From the IMG/VR virus record IMGVR_UViG_3300015615_001170, positions 505 through 64,504 of that record: a stretch of 64,000 nucleotides of DNA; one strand, 5' to 3'. The position numbers and the translations under genes are program-made. This DNA is from a virus. Within the stretch, counting starts at the first letter, position 1, and each line of letters begins with the position of its first letter. This document shows positions 10,601 to 18,292 of this stretch, in pieces. The notes below the pieces were generated by a model. It ran no database searches and had not been told where the DNA came from. It saw nothing but the letters and a program-made list of their open reading frames with translations.

Positions 10601-10945
10601 GATCGCTACGTCCATGCCGGCCAGACGAACATGGCCCTTCTTGTAGTTGCCCGCCTTCTTCTGCGCCTCGGTGGGCTCGGGCATGGCGTTGTCGCCAGTG
10701 GCCGCCTGTTGTGCGGCAACGTCAACCGCGGTCGGCTTGTTCGCCTCGACGTAGGCCTGCACCTGCGACAGGATGTCGGCGCGCTCGCCCTCCAACTGGG
10801 AGATCACATCGCGCACCGCCTGCTCCGCAGCGGCGTGTGCGTCGTATCCATCGCGGCGAAGCGACTTCACGCGACCGCGCAGGATCGCCGCTTCGTGCGA
10901 CTGATCGATTCCGAGCTTCTTCAGGCAGTGGGCAAGGCTAGCCAT
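4655..10945 (-). CDS. Large polyvalent (probably ejected) protein: inorganic-pyrophosphatase-like domain, LPD1-like and second zincin metallopeptidase-like domains, C-terminal LPD-like region
   Basis: IENPAGSKR..HYGY..DGDHLDVF..FDEHKVM; AHYEP..INLTKTRGAGTLAHEWLHALD; ALHEGTHLGL; last gene of the ejection-protein cluster. Confidence 0.8.
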   Translation of the reverse strand: MASLAHCLKKLGIDQSHEAAILRGRVKSLRRDGYDAHAAAEQAVRDVISQLEGERADILSQVQAYVEANKPTAVDVAAQQAATGDNAMPEPTEAQKKAGNYKKGHVRLAGMDVAIENPAGSKRRPEWPAITAHYGYVKRTEAADGDHLDVFIKPGTLEDYDGPVFVVDQVNQQEKFDEHKVMVGWPDEAAARAAYIEQYTKGWKGLGAITGMEMAQFKEWAAGDTTMPLAPDMRKKEALRREVSKSRTGRNAGTDGALATRLQNPDVRAELERMAQHAGWAEKGGRLMRDPKTEQVTGRTKWVPKETWWAERGVNLNEAQTRTAVRKALAGESLSGRERHLVEFMLKIAEDVVQQYDVAGSTLEAQGADTTALRADDPFEIAVDLDDAGLDLTSDNIIDHALVTAAMQIDPSAVEAISDSLEPEAFMARIQEIIRGAESQPTPQEGSEADAGTPQVLEAYSQGDLEAREQAVDAAAARRRAEDESAERKAQADRERNDFTLTGSTRAADANLGQADLLSDATRSPAVIEDVGERLEGARKFQEFALSKEFSDEALAVEPFSKVWPANEIDKIEDKFAAAVAHAARAEVPAKPRVAYKLKRWVEKVKTVRSLAQMIVSGKVTREKMLEKMGEYRLKDFGSKVKLLEAIDREQWGRIGAVAEHPEAYAYEDGKQVLRPQARVEIDGRSHWLEGDGRIENHLDRINELLGTAVAEKRMQFEVRGREGAFSINKKGDKEYRKLMTFATTKEAFDYIKDNYADLVVAWDGVKERDNVREQDVRSAENRPRAGADYRKGKDVTAEKFADSFGFRGVQFGNWVAQGSEKQARQGMLNQAYDALMDLASIVNVPPKAISLNGTLGLAFGARGSGWASAHYEPDTLVINLTKTRGAGTLAHEWLHALDNYFSHQRGGPVPFERGMSQQAYRQANYITYRPEPLYVRKDGRVGSLTKARLERAREHSPKNPYYLEENWHPDPKHPQGVRPEVERRFAELVEALDASPMAKRARAIDKNENGYWSQIIERAARSFENYIIAKMMERGFHNDYLANVTAVENFARSRDRYPYLLPEEVAPVAEAFDNLFATVQTKETEKGTAMFRRAAAQRGMDKTQVVPLVGWMGKKVNVVQSEAELPAGLLREIGDRGASGDVAGAYWNGEVYLVADMLPDEGAVIRTALHEGTHLGLHGMFGSNIDPLMVDIYLSNPQVRKAADALKERYGHSISKATEEALADIGGQNIPASLMDRIVAFVRGLVRRMFPSIAFNDGEVRALVQRALAFSKRGGKSDALARTPDRGESQSRLARVERALSDDTRFARASAAPAAKQQTQPQFYKTRAARVIDRIDAALDPIGDLPNKKEFMKRRLLALGKIAEADQMAGSMRKAFLEASEPDRQAVFDYLTTANATGTGIGDAKIRQVAAQVKGQINRVGDMLVDRGLLSAEARAAHANAYLPRLYLKHLLSEGDFKAMGAGRKPSDLGYLKKRKDIPEEIRKVILGEIEEPGFLSAVAIAKPMRDMAILDWLQDIAGNTDWVLPASVVEWDGKRVSAQWLKSEAERLRKQARHYKDAEARRANRLADRMDQAADDALGQITGDFEDYSQLPNTARYGRLRGLWVRKEIFDDIMGVSALQSPSAGFFQSLFGYGGVGTHITQLWKMGKVALNPPSHVRNMLSNAVMLQLSGVSLPMVPKRLYDAAMQIVNNGPAYQIAKKYGLTESSFSAQELFRAKRELLDLQAHLKALGPMGQIRRIGAIISDFAGDTYQFEDALFKVAKILDEVGKGTDEATAAIEAQKWMFDYSLVPNWVRYARNAPIGAPFITYAYKVLPRLLEVAALHPQRFLPWVGLFYGLQYAVTSMWDVDDDDLERMKMALPKWLQDRGHTAVLPYKDEDGRWQVVDLGYFFPWTMYTESLGQLAKGEVQESVQTLGLVGGPIADLLIAWKTGRDPFTERAIVNPGDPPHKQAVAIMSYLWDMAMPPFVSSRGLLSPMGLIDPAYGGKVVQATMGVTDKHGEQKATLTQAMLAAGGVNLYAMRPETTRLSNIQRQKYEMDQVEVRLKGLLRDRSITPERRKQIVAEYRDEMRRRKKKLMEYMADSAIHPNLATQD

Positions 10946-12106
10946 CTAGGCAGCAATCCTTAGAAAGATGGATGCGAGTTGCATCAGTTCTTCGTTGTGT
11001 CGTTTGACGTTGCGCCGGCGCAGCAGGTCGGGCGCATCGTAGAAGTCAGCCTCCTCTTCCGGCTCGCCGGGAAGCGGGGCCACGTGCGCGCTCGCGGTGA
11101 GGACGTCGTCTTCGTCCACGCTCGAGAGCGTCGCCGTGCGCCCTGGAAGCTCTCCCGGCTCTTCGTGCTCGGCCGTGGCCGTGAGCACATCGTCTTCGTC
11201 GGTGTGGGATAGCGAGGCGGAAACGCGCACCGTTGCGGCGGCGGACAGGACGTCGTCTTGGTCGGTCGCGGCAAGGGTTGCATCGATTGCCGTGACGCCA
11301 GCGCCAGTGAGAACGTCATCCTCATCTGTGGCGGACAGAGCGGCCTCGATCGCCGTATCCCCCGCGCTGGTGAGCACGTCGTCTTCGTCGGTGGCCGACA
11401 GCGTCGCACCGACGGCCACGTCGCCAGACGCGGTGAGCACGTCGTCTTCATCGTTCGCCGCCAGCGTGGCGTTGCGACCAGGCAGGCCATCCTGATAGAT
11501 GGCGATGGTGACAATTTGCCAGCGTTGCGCGGTGTTTGTGAACGCCAGGGGGTTCTCGCCCGAGGCGTTGAGCTGACGCTCGGCAACGAAACTCGACGCG
11601 CCGGTTGAATTGGTCGCGGTCTTGTTGCGCAGGTTGGTATAGCTCGTTGGCGCGACCGAGGCAGAGCCGATGCCATCCATGCCGGCGAAGGAAACCCAGT
11701 GGACGTCCTTTGCAACACCGCCGGCTAGATCAAGATTGAACGAATTGGCATTTGAAGTCGCGCCAGTGTTTCCACTGGACACCTCAACGGTATTGGCCCC
11801 GCTGAAGCGATCGGAAATATGCGTGCTCTGCTCGCTGTTGTGCGTAAGGCGCAGCGCATCGCCGCCTTCTGCGACTTTCCACACGACGGCGATCTTGCAG
11901 CTCGACCCACCCGTGTACTGAACGATGTTCCAGTTGCTGCCGCTGTACCCGGTGTCTACCGCGATGGTCGAGGTGGTGCCATCGAGGGAGAAGTAGACCG
12001 CCAGCACTTCCCCTGCCGTGATCCCAGATGGCAGGTTGATGGTCGACGAGGTCGAGTTGGTACTGACCTCGCCGTTGTTGCTGGCTTCTAGGACCGGGAA
12101 GGCCAT
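10946..12106 (-). CDS. Virion appendage/structural protein with acidic tandem repeats
   Basis: Beta-rich Ser/Thr N-terminal domain, six ATLxATDEDDVLT repeats, C-terminal helix. Confidence 0.65.
   Translation of the reverse strand: MAFPVLEASNNGEVSTNSTSSTINLPSGITAGEVLAVYFSLDGTTSTIAVDTGYSGSNWNIVQYTGGSSCKIAVVWKVAEGGDALRLTHNSEQSTHISDRFSGANTVEVSSGNTGATSNANSFNLDLAGGVAKDVHWVSFAGMDGIGSASVAPTSYTNLRNKTATNSTGASSFVAERQLNASGENPLAFTNTAQRWQIVTIAIYQDGLPGRNATLAANDEDDVLTASGDVAVGATLSATDEDDVLTSAGDTAIEAALSATDEDDVLTGAGVTAIDATLAATDQDDVLSAAATVRVSASLSHTDEDDVLTATAEHEEPGELPGRTATLSSVDEDDVLTASAHVAPLPGEPEEEADFYDAPDLLRRRNVKRHNEELMQLASIFLRIAA
11080..11475 (-). repeat. Six ~63-bp coding repeats (ATLSATDEDDVLTxxG)
   Basis: Recurrent gtgagcacgtcgtcttcgtcggt-like units on the + strand. 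Confidence 0.9.
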
Positions 12107-12109
12107 GGC

Positions 12110-12526
12110 TTACGCGTTGCCGCGCTGCAGATCGAATTGGGTAACGGTTACCACCTGGGTGTCGGCGATGTTGAGGTTATCGAGCACCATCTTGCCGGTG
12201 CCAGCCGAGTCATCACACGGGCCCTGCATGTAGACCGTGCCACTCTTGCGGATGCGGAAGTAAACCGCGTCGGTGCCAGCGCCTGCAGCCGTGAGGCCGG
12301 TCACCGTCCAAGTGCCATTCTTCTGCACAAGGCCATTGCCGCCGGATGCAGCAGTTAGCCAGTCGGACGGGAGCGCGCCCTCCGCGATCTTTGATCCAGC
12401 GTCAGCCGCATCGCAGTCTGCCGGCAGAGCGCCACTCCACAACTCCAGCGTTGGAGCAGTGCCAACGTGCGACTCGATGAAGTTGGCCTGTCCGTCGCGG
12501 ATGCCATCGTTGTACTGAACGGTCAT
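12110..12526 (-). CDS. Small virion structural protein
   Basis: TLELWSGALPADCD..YFRI..QG..MVLDNLNI, a widespread phage appendage-adaptor pattern. Confidence 0.65.
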   Translation of the reverse strand: MTVQYNDGIRDGQANFIESHVGTAPTLELWSGALPADCDAADAGSKIAEGALPSDWLTAASGGNGLVQKNGTWTVTGLTAAGAGTDAVYFRIRKSGTVYMQGPCDDSAGTGKMVLDNLNIADTQVVTVTQFDLQRGNA

Positions 12527-12531
12527 TTATC

Positions 12532-12882
12532 TCACCTGATTTTCTTGAAGCGCACGCGCTTGATAGCGCCGAATTCGTCATGCTCCACGACGCTCATGTC
12601 GATCTCTTCCCACTCCGACTTTTCCGGCTTGGGCTGCACCAGGCTCGCGAGGGTCTTGTACAGGCTCTCGTTCTGCGAGGACGCGCGCATCACCCCGGCT
12701 TGCTGCGAGGCAGTGAGCATCGCTAGCGCTCGCGCGACTTCGTGCATCGATTCCGCCACGGCGGCCATGGCCCGCGCTTCCGCGCTGCCCGGGTCGCCAT
12801 ACTCGTCGTCGAATTTCCCGGCCTCTTCCGCGCCACGCGCGCGCATGAGGTCGAACTCAATCCCATCTACGTCCCGAGGCAT
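12532..12882 (-). CDS. Hypothetical structural-module protein
   Basis: Coupled ORF; helical body with C-terminal hairpin VVEHDEFGAIKRVRF. Confidence 0.6.
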   Translation of the reverse strand: MPRDVDGIEFDLMRARGAEEAGKFDDEYGDPGSAEARAMAAVAESMHEVARALAMLTASQQAGVMRASSQNESLYKTLASLVQPKPEKSEWEEIDMSVVEHDEFGAIKRVRFKKIR

Positions 12883-15500
12883 TCGAGCAGTCCTTTGGCC
12901 ACGCGCAACTTATCGTCCACTTCCTTGAGCGCAACGTCGGCCTTCTCCGGCGCGCGCAGCATTCTCTTGGTCTTGCGGTTCACCACCGGGATCTTCACCT
13001 CGATCTTCGACAGGTCCATGCCAGCCGGGACCCCCGGCACATCGGCCCCGCGCAGATCAACCGCAGGCGGGGCTACATTGGCAGCGGGCTGCTCGGCAAC
13101 GGCTGGGGCTGCTTGGGCTGCGCTGCTGGCGGCGGGTTGCTCGGTTGCCCCAACTGCCGACTGATCAAGCTGGCCAGTTGCAGCGACATCTCCTGATCCT
13201 CCAGCGAGTACTGCGGGTTGCTTTCCATTGATGATCTCCGCGAATGCCTGCGCCTCACCGGCGCGGTTGATGTTCGGGTCGAGCAGCACCTCCATCGTCC
13301 GCACCGGGTTGAGCCGGGCGGCCATGACGGCGCGGCGCGCGTGGGACAGTTGGGCCGGCGTGTAGGCCGGAGATTCGCCCACGACCAACTTCTCGATGGT
13401 GCGCGCTTCGCGCTGGGCGCGACGCTGCTCGAGCTTGCGGTTGGCAGCCTCCAGTGCGAGACGCATGGCGCTGGGCTGGCCAGCCGCATCCACCGCACCG
13501 GTGGCCTCGGCCAGCCGCGCCTCGAGCGCCGCATCGAGCAGGGCGCGGGGCTCCTGCGAATCGCGCCACAGTTGGTCGAGTTGCTTCTGCTTGACTGCAT
13601 CGGCCTGGGCGTATGCCGCCTCGATCTCTTCCAGCGAGCGCGTTGGATCCGCCGCCACATCGCGCTGGATCCTCTGGTCGCGCACCTTGCGCGAGCGAAG
13701 GCCCAGTTCTGCGCGCTCGGCGAGCGTGCGGATGCGAACGTCCTCGCGCTCTTGTACCCGCGTCTCGGCCAGTTGCGCCGGGTCGGTGTACGTCGTGCCG
13801 GCAGCATCCTGCGCGCGCGCCGGCGTATCGGCCAGCGGGTTGCCGTACGGGTCAAACTGATCCCGGCGCAGCACTCCTTCCGTCTGGGCGGATTCCAATG
13901 CCGACTTGACCTCACCGCGGCGCTCGTGGATGCGCTCGGCCTCTTCCTTCGGTGTTCCACGTGAAGCGAGCTCGAACCCGGTCACGTCCTCGATCAGTTC
14001 GCCGGTGGGCGTGAACGTTTGGCCGGGCGGGGTTTCCGCAGGCGGCGGTTCCGAAGGCTTGGGCGTGCCGCTCGGGGGCTTGGCCTGTCCACCGCCGCGC
14101 CCCATCATCGCCACCTCGATCGGCACGCCCAGGAACTCAGCAGCGAACTCCGCCGCCTGCTCTCCGGGGCTGACCGGCTCGCCCACCGCCTCGGACGCTC
14201 GACCCGCACCGATCGCCCCGCCCGCGCCCTGCGCGGTGGCCTGGGCCAGGATGTTGAGCAGTTCGCTCTTGGGGACCTTCAGCCCAAGGAATGCGCCGGC
14301 CACCACGTTCGCCGGCACCTCGGCCAGGGTCTTGGTGACCGCGTATTCGGAGGCCAGCTGCTCGTTGCCGTCGTACTTCTTCAGGCCCTCCTGATAGTTC
14401 GGGCCCAGCGCGCCGGTGACCACGGCCATGCCGTTGCCGGCGGCACCCGCCACCCCGGTCATGACACCGCGCTTGACCAGTTCGTTGGTGATGAGCCGCG
14501 AGATCACGGGCCGCGCGACGGCCGCGCCCACGCCAGCGCCAACGACGAAGCCCGGCACCGACGGGATCAGCTGCTCGAGCATGAATTTGCCCAGCATGCT
14601 GACCGGGCTCTCGCGCTCCCAGATCGCACCGGGCAGCTTGGCCAGCGTGCCCATGAAGGTGCCGCCGCCCTCGGCCTCGGCCTTCTGGATCGCCGCCACC
14701 ATCTCCGGGTCGCCCTCGGTCTTCTGCAGCTCGAGCGCGGTTTCGCGCACGATGCGATCCGTCTCGGCGGTGTCCATGCCCAGCGAGCGCGCGAGATGCT
14801 GCGCCCCCAGGTCCCAGCCCATCTTGATGTTGAGCCAGCCGCGCTTGGCTGCATCTCCCCAGGAGTATTTCTTCTCGGCCTGGGGCTTCTCTCCAGGGGC
14901 GTATGCCTGCCACCCACCCTCGGCTGCCGCAGCGGCCGGGATGAACGCGGAGAGTGCCTCACCCGTGGCCTGGAACATCCCCCCGCCAGCGGGCTTCAGA
15001 CGGCCGTAGCGCCCCCGCACGTCGGGGACGTACTGCGACACCCGCTTGCCGTTGCCGTCGGCAGGATCGTTGCGCCACGCAGTGGGCGAGCCCGCCGGGG
15101 CGACGTTGCCCTCGCCCGAGAAATACGCCGTCGCGATTCGGTCGATGTCGCCACCATAGTCGCGGTCGTACTTCGACAGGATGCGCGCGCCCACGCGGGC
15201 GACGTCCTGCTTGTTCTGGAATCGCTCCCCCGGCTTGGCAAAACGGGAGAACGTGTCGGGGGTCACCTGCAGCAGGCCGAACGCCCCGTCCACGCTCGTC
15301 TCGCCTGGGCGCCACCCCGACTCCTGACCGGCGAACGCCGCCGCCAGTTCAGGGCGCGTGCCCTCCTCGGCCAGGATCTGGGAGAGATTGAACCCGACGT
15401 CCCGCGTCTGCCCCACCACGCGCTGCTGGTCTACGGGCGTCTGGCTGGTCGGCAGGGCGGGCACAAAGCCCTGCAGTTGCTCACCGGTGGACTGGAACAT
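12867..15500 (-). CDS. Ejection/internal virion protein with N-terminal lytic transglycosylase (SLT) domain
   Basis: GQESG..GAFGLLQVTPDT..YFSGEG SLT motifs; Gly/Ala hydrophobic helices and coiled coil. Confidence 0.8.
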   Translation of the reverse strand: MFQSTGEQLQGFVPALPTSQTPVDQQRVVGQTRDVGFNLSQILAEEGTRPELAAAFAGQESGWRPGETSVDGAFGLLQVTPDTFSRFAKPGERFQNKQDVARVGARILSKYDRDYGGDIDRIATAYFSGEGNVAPAGSPTAWRNDPADGNGKRVSQYVPDVRGRYGRLKPAGGGMFQATGEALSAFIPAAAAAEGGWQAYAPGEKPQAEKKYSWGDAAKRGWLNIKMGWDLGAQHLARSLGMDTAETDRIVRETALELQKTEGDPEMVAAIQKAEAEGGGTFMGTLAKLPGAIWERESPVSMLGKFMLEQLIPSVPGFVVGAGVGAAVARPVISRLITNELVKRGVMTGVAGAAGNGMAVVTGALGPNYQEGLKKYDGNEQLASEYAVTKTLAEVPANVVAGAFLGLKVPKSELLNILAQATAQGAGGAIGAGRASEAVGEPVSPGEQAAEFAAEFLGVPIEVAMMGRGGGQAKPPSGTPKPSEPPPAETPPGQTFTPTGELIEDVTGFELASRGTPKEEAERIHERRGEVKSALESAQTEGVLRRDQFDPYGNPLADTPARAQDAAGTTYTDPAQLAETRVQEREDVRIRTLAERAELGLRSRKVRDQRIQRDVAADPTRSLEEIEAAYAQADAVKQKQLDQLWRDSQEPRALLDAALEARLAEATGAVDAAGQPSAMRLALEAANRKLEQRRAQREARTIEKLVVGESPAYTPAQLSHARRAVMAARLNPVRTMEVLLDPNINRAGEAQAFAEIINGKQPAVLAGGSGDVAATGQLDQSAVGATEQPAASSAAQAAPAVAEQPAANVAPPAVDLRGADVPGVPAGMDLSKIEVKIPVVNRKTKRMLRAPEKADVALKEVDDKLRVAKGLLECLGT

Positions 15501-18292
15501 TACGAGCGGCCGTACCGGCCCGAAGCGCCGCCTCCGCCCGCACGGATGCGCGGCAAGCCACCCGGGCGACCCCGGAACCCTCCGGCTTCAAAGCCACGGC
15601 GCACCCGGTCCTTCGATTCTTTTTCGAGCTCCACCTCGGTCTTGTCGCGGTTGCTCGTTCCGTACACCGGAACGGGCGGCAGCGTGATCGTGATGTGCTC
15701 CTCGGGCCCGCCGGGCTTGGGCGCCGCCGGAGCGGGGGAAGCCTTGCGCGGGATCCCGCCTGGGCGACGCGCCCCAGAGTCGCGCCCCGACTGCTTCGGC
15801 TTGCCGACATGCTTGCCGGGATCTTCCGGGCCGCCGACTTCCGGGTTGCGATAGACCATCAACCGACCGCTGGTCGACGGCTGGTGCCTGCCGTCGCGCC
15901 CGGGGGCAGAGCCGGACGACCCGGGGGCAGAGCCGGATGACTTGTCCTTAAGCGCGCCGCCGCCCACGTCGCGCCCAGGCTGGAACTTGCGCACCTCCAC
16001 ATCCGGCGACTGCTTGCTGCGCGAGGAACCGCCACCGCTTGCTGCGCGACCGCCCTCGTCCCCATTGCGCCCAGCGCTGGCCCCGCGACCAGGCGCGGAT
16101 CCAGAGCCTGCGCCGGCACTCTTGCCACCACCGCCGCCCCAGTCGCGCACCAGCACGTTGCCGCCTTGGCCAGCGCCCACGTTCGAACCACTGGCAGTCA
16201 CCGGCTTGAACGATGCGCTGAGATCGGGCGAGACGGTGCGATCACTCGAGCGACCCATGTCCTGCTCGCGGCGCACCAGACCTCCTGTGCGCTTCGGACC
16301 TGGGCGGTTGCCCGTGCCTGCAGAGATCGTGTCCCGACCACCGCTGCGCACGCGCCCGCCGTCGGCGAAGCGCGTCGAGCGATGCGGATCCACCCCGGGC
16401 AGGACGTCGACCTTCTTCCCGCTCTCGTCTTCGTAGGTGTCGTAGGAGCGCCCGTCGCGCGCGGTGGTCTGGCCGATGGGCTTGATGTTGCGGTCAGGCA
16501 CACGGCCGGAGCCCTGGACCTTCCCGCCGTTCGCGTACGATTGCTTCATCACCTTGCCTCCATCAGCCTTTCCGTTCGGCGCAGCATTGACCGGCTTCCC
16601 CGCGAGCAGCGCCTGAATCTCCTCGGGTGTGAACAGCTGCTTGACCTTCGGGTTGTTGTTGATGAACCCGGCGCGGATGCGCGCGTCGCTCTTGCGATTG
16701 ATCTCGTTGAGCATCGAACGGCGCTCGGCGACGTTGTACTTCTTCGCGCCGCGGCGCTTCATCTCCTCGCGCATCGATTTGTAGCGGTCGGATTCCCCGC
16801 CGCCAGAACCCGAGAGCATTCCCTGCTCTTCCTTCTGGAAGTCGCGGTACAGGTCGGCATCGGGAATCGATTCGAGCCCGGTCGCCGCCGGCGGGGCAGG
16901 TTTCACGGCAGGCGCAGCAGGTGTCGCAGGAGTCGCAGCTTGGGCTGCAGCGGGTTGCGCGGCAGGTTGCGCAGCGCCCTGCCCCATCGTCACCCGCTCC
17001 CAGGAACCGTCGGCATTCTTCGCCGCGTAGTTGCCCTTGCCGTCGGAGAAGATCTTCCGGCCATCGGAGAGCGCGCCCACCGAACCATCGGCCTGGACCT
17101 GGGGGGCAGCCGCCTGTCCTGGCGCTGCGGCTTGTTGTTGCTGGCCGAGTTGGAAGCGGCGGATCTGCTTCCCGTTGATCGTCTCAATGCCATCGGTGGT
17201 CATGGTGCCCTTGACGATCTTCTCGCCGAAGGCTGCCGCCTCCTCCGGGCTCACCGGCACGCCGCGCTCGTTCTTGGCGCCCTCTTGCAGGATCGCCACG
17301 CCATTGAGGAACGAGTCCATCGTGTTCTTCTTGGCGTCATCGTCGAGGTTGTCGAACTCGCCCTTGCCCGAGAGCACTGTCTTCCACATGCGGTTGGCGG
17401 TGTCCTTGTCCAGTTCCGCCGCGCCACCTGGCATGCCATTGGCGCCGGGCAGCTGCACGTCCCTCTGCGTGTGGGTGTCGAACAGCACCTCCTTGTGCTC
17501 GCCCACCTTGCGCGTGATGTAGCGGTCCTTGCCCACCGGGGCGGACGGTGGCATGGCCAGACGCCGGCTCGGGTCGCGCTTGCTGACCCACCACTGCCCG
17601 TCCTTGCTCTCGGTCCATTCGTCCTCGGGCAGCATCTTCAGGATCTGCGCCATCTGGCCCATGTTCATGGGCACGCGCTGGCCGGTCTGCACATCCACGC
17701 CGGAGACGTTGCCGTTGCCGTCGTCTTCGATGGAGTTCGGATCCACGCGGGCTTTGCCGAAGCGATTCCAGATCTCGGCCAACTGCGGCCCGCGCGCGCC
17801 GTCGAAGATGTACCCGCGCACCAGATCGCGCAGGCCTTCCGACTCGGCCTCCTGGCTCATCTGCTTGTACTTCTTGTAGTTCACATCGTCGCCGGCCTGC
17901 AGGTACGTCTCGGCCGCATCGTCGAACATGTTGCCCTTGGTGCGCCCCTGGGCGACCGGCTTGCGCTGGGAGAAGTCCCCGCCCACCTGCGCATCGGAGA
18001 TCTGCACCCCGTGGCCCTTGCCCAGGTTCTCGCGCACCGTGGCGTCGGCCGAGCGCCCGCGCCGGTAGTCGGCCACCTGGTCGCCGAACATCTCGTCGGA
18101 GATAGCATCGCGCCCGGCTTGGCGCTCGCGCTGGCCAAGGGCGTACTCGCGATCCTCGTCCTGCTGCTGCCACTGGGTACGCTTGCGCCCGGCTTCTTCC
18201 AGGCGCAGCGCGCGCTCGGTGTCCTCGTCGATCGCATCCTTGGCCCCGCGCATTCCCATGCCAGCGCCGATGAAGGCATCACCCAGAGACAT
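15500..18292 (-). CDS. Ejection/internal virion protein with long Gly/Ser/Arg-rich C-terminal extension
   Basis: MSLGDAFIGAGMG start coupled by TGATG; position in ejection cluster. Confidence 0.7.
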   Translation of the reverse strand: MSLGDAFIGAGMGMRGAKDAIDEDTERALRLEEAGRKRTQWQQQDEDREYALGQRERQAGRDAISDEMFGDQVADYRRGRSADATVRENLGKGHGVQISDAQVGGDFSQRKPVAQGRTKGNMFDDAAETYLQAGDDVNYKKYKQMSQEAESEGLRDLVRGYIFDGARGPQLAEIWNRFGKARVDPNSIEDDGNGNVSGVDVQTGQRVPMNMGQMAQILKMLPEDEWTESKDGQWWVSKRDPSRRLAMPPSAPVGKDRYITRKVGEHKEVLFDTHTQRDVQLPGANGMPGGAAELDKDTANRMWKTVLSGKGEFDNLDDDAKKNTMDSFLNGVAILQEGAKNERGVPVSPEEAAAFGEKIVKGTMTTDGIETINGKQIRRFQLGQQQQAAAPGQAAAPQVQADGSVGALSDGRKIFSDGKGNYAAKNADGSWERVTMGQGAAQPAAQPAAAQAATPATPAAPAVKPAPPAATGLESIPDADLYRDFQKEEQGMLSGSGGGESDRYKSMREEMKRRGAKKYNVAERRSMLNEINRKSDARIRAGFINNNPKVKQLFTPEEIQALLAGKPVNAAPNGKADGGKVMKQSYANGGKVQGSGRVPDRNIKPIGQTTARDGRSYDTYEDESGKKVDVLPGVDPHRSTRFADGGRVRSGGRDTISAGTGNRPGPKRTGGLVRREQDMGRSSDRTVSPDLSASFKPVTASGSNVGAGQGGNVLVRDWGGGGGKSAGAGSGSAPGRGASAGRNGDEGGRAASGGGSSRSKQSPDVEVRKFQPGRDVGGGALKDKSSGSAPGSSGSAPGRDGRHQPSTSGRLMVYRNPEVGGPEDPGKHVGKPKQSGRDSGARRPGGIPRKASPAPAAPKPGGPEEHITITLPPVPVYGTSNRDKTEVELEKESKDRVRRGFEAGGFRGRPGGLPRIRAGGGGASGRYGRS

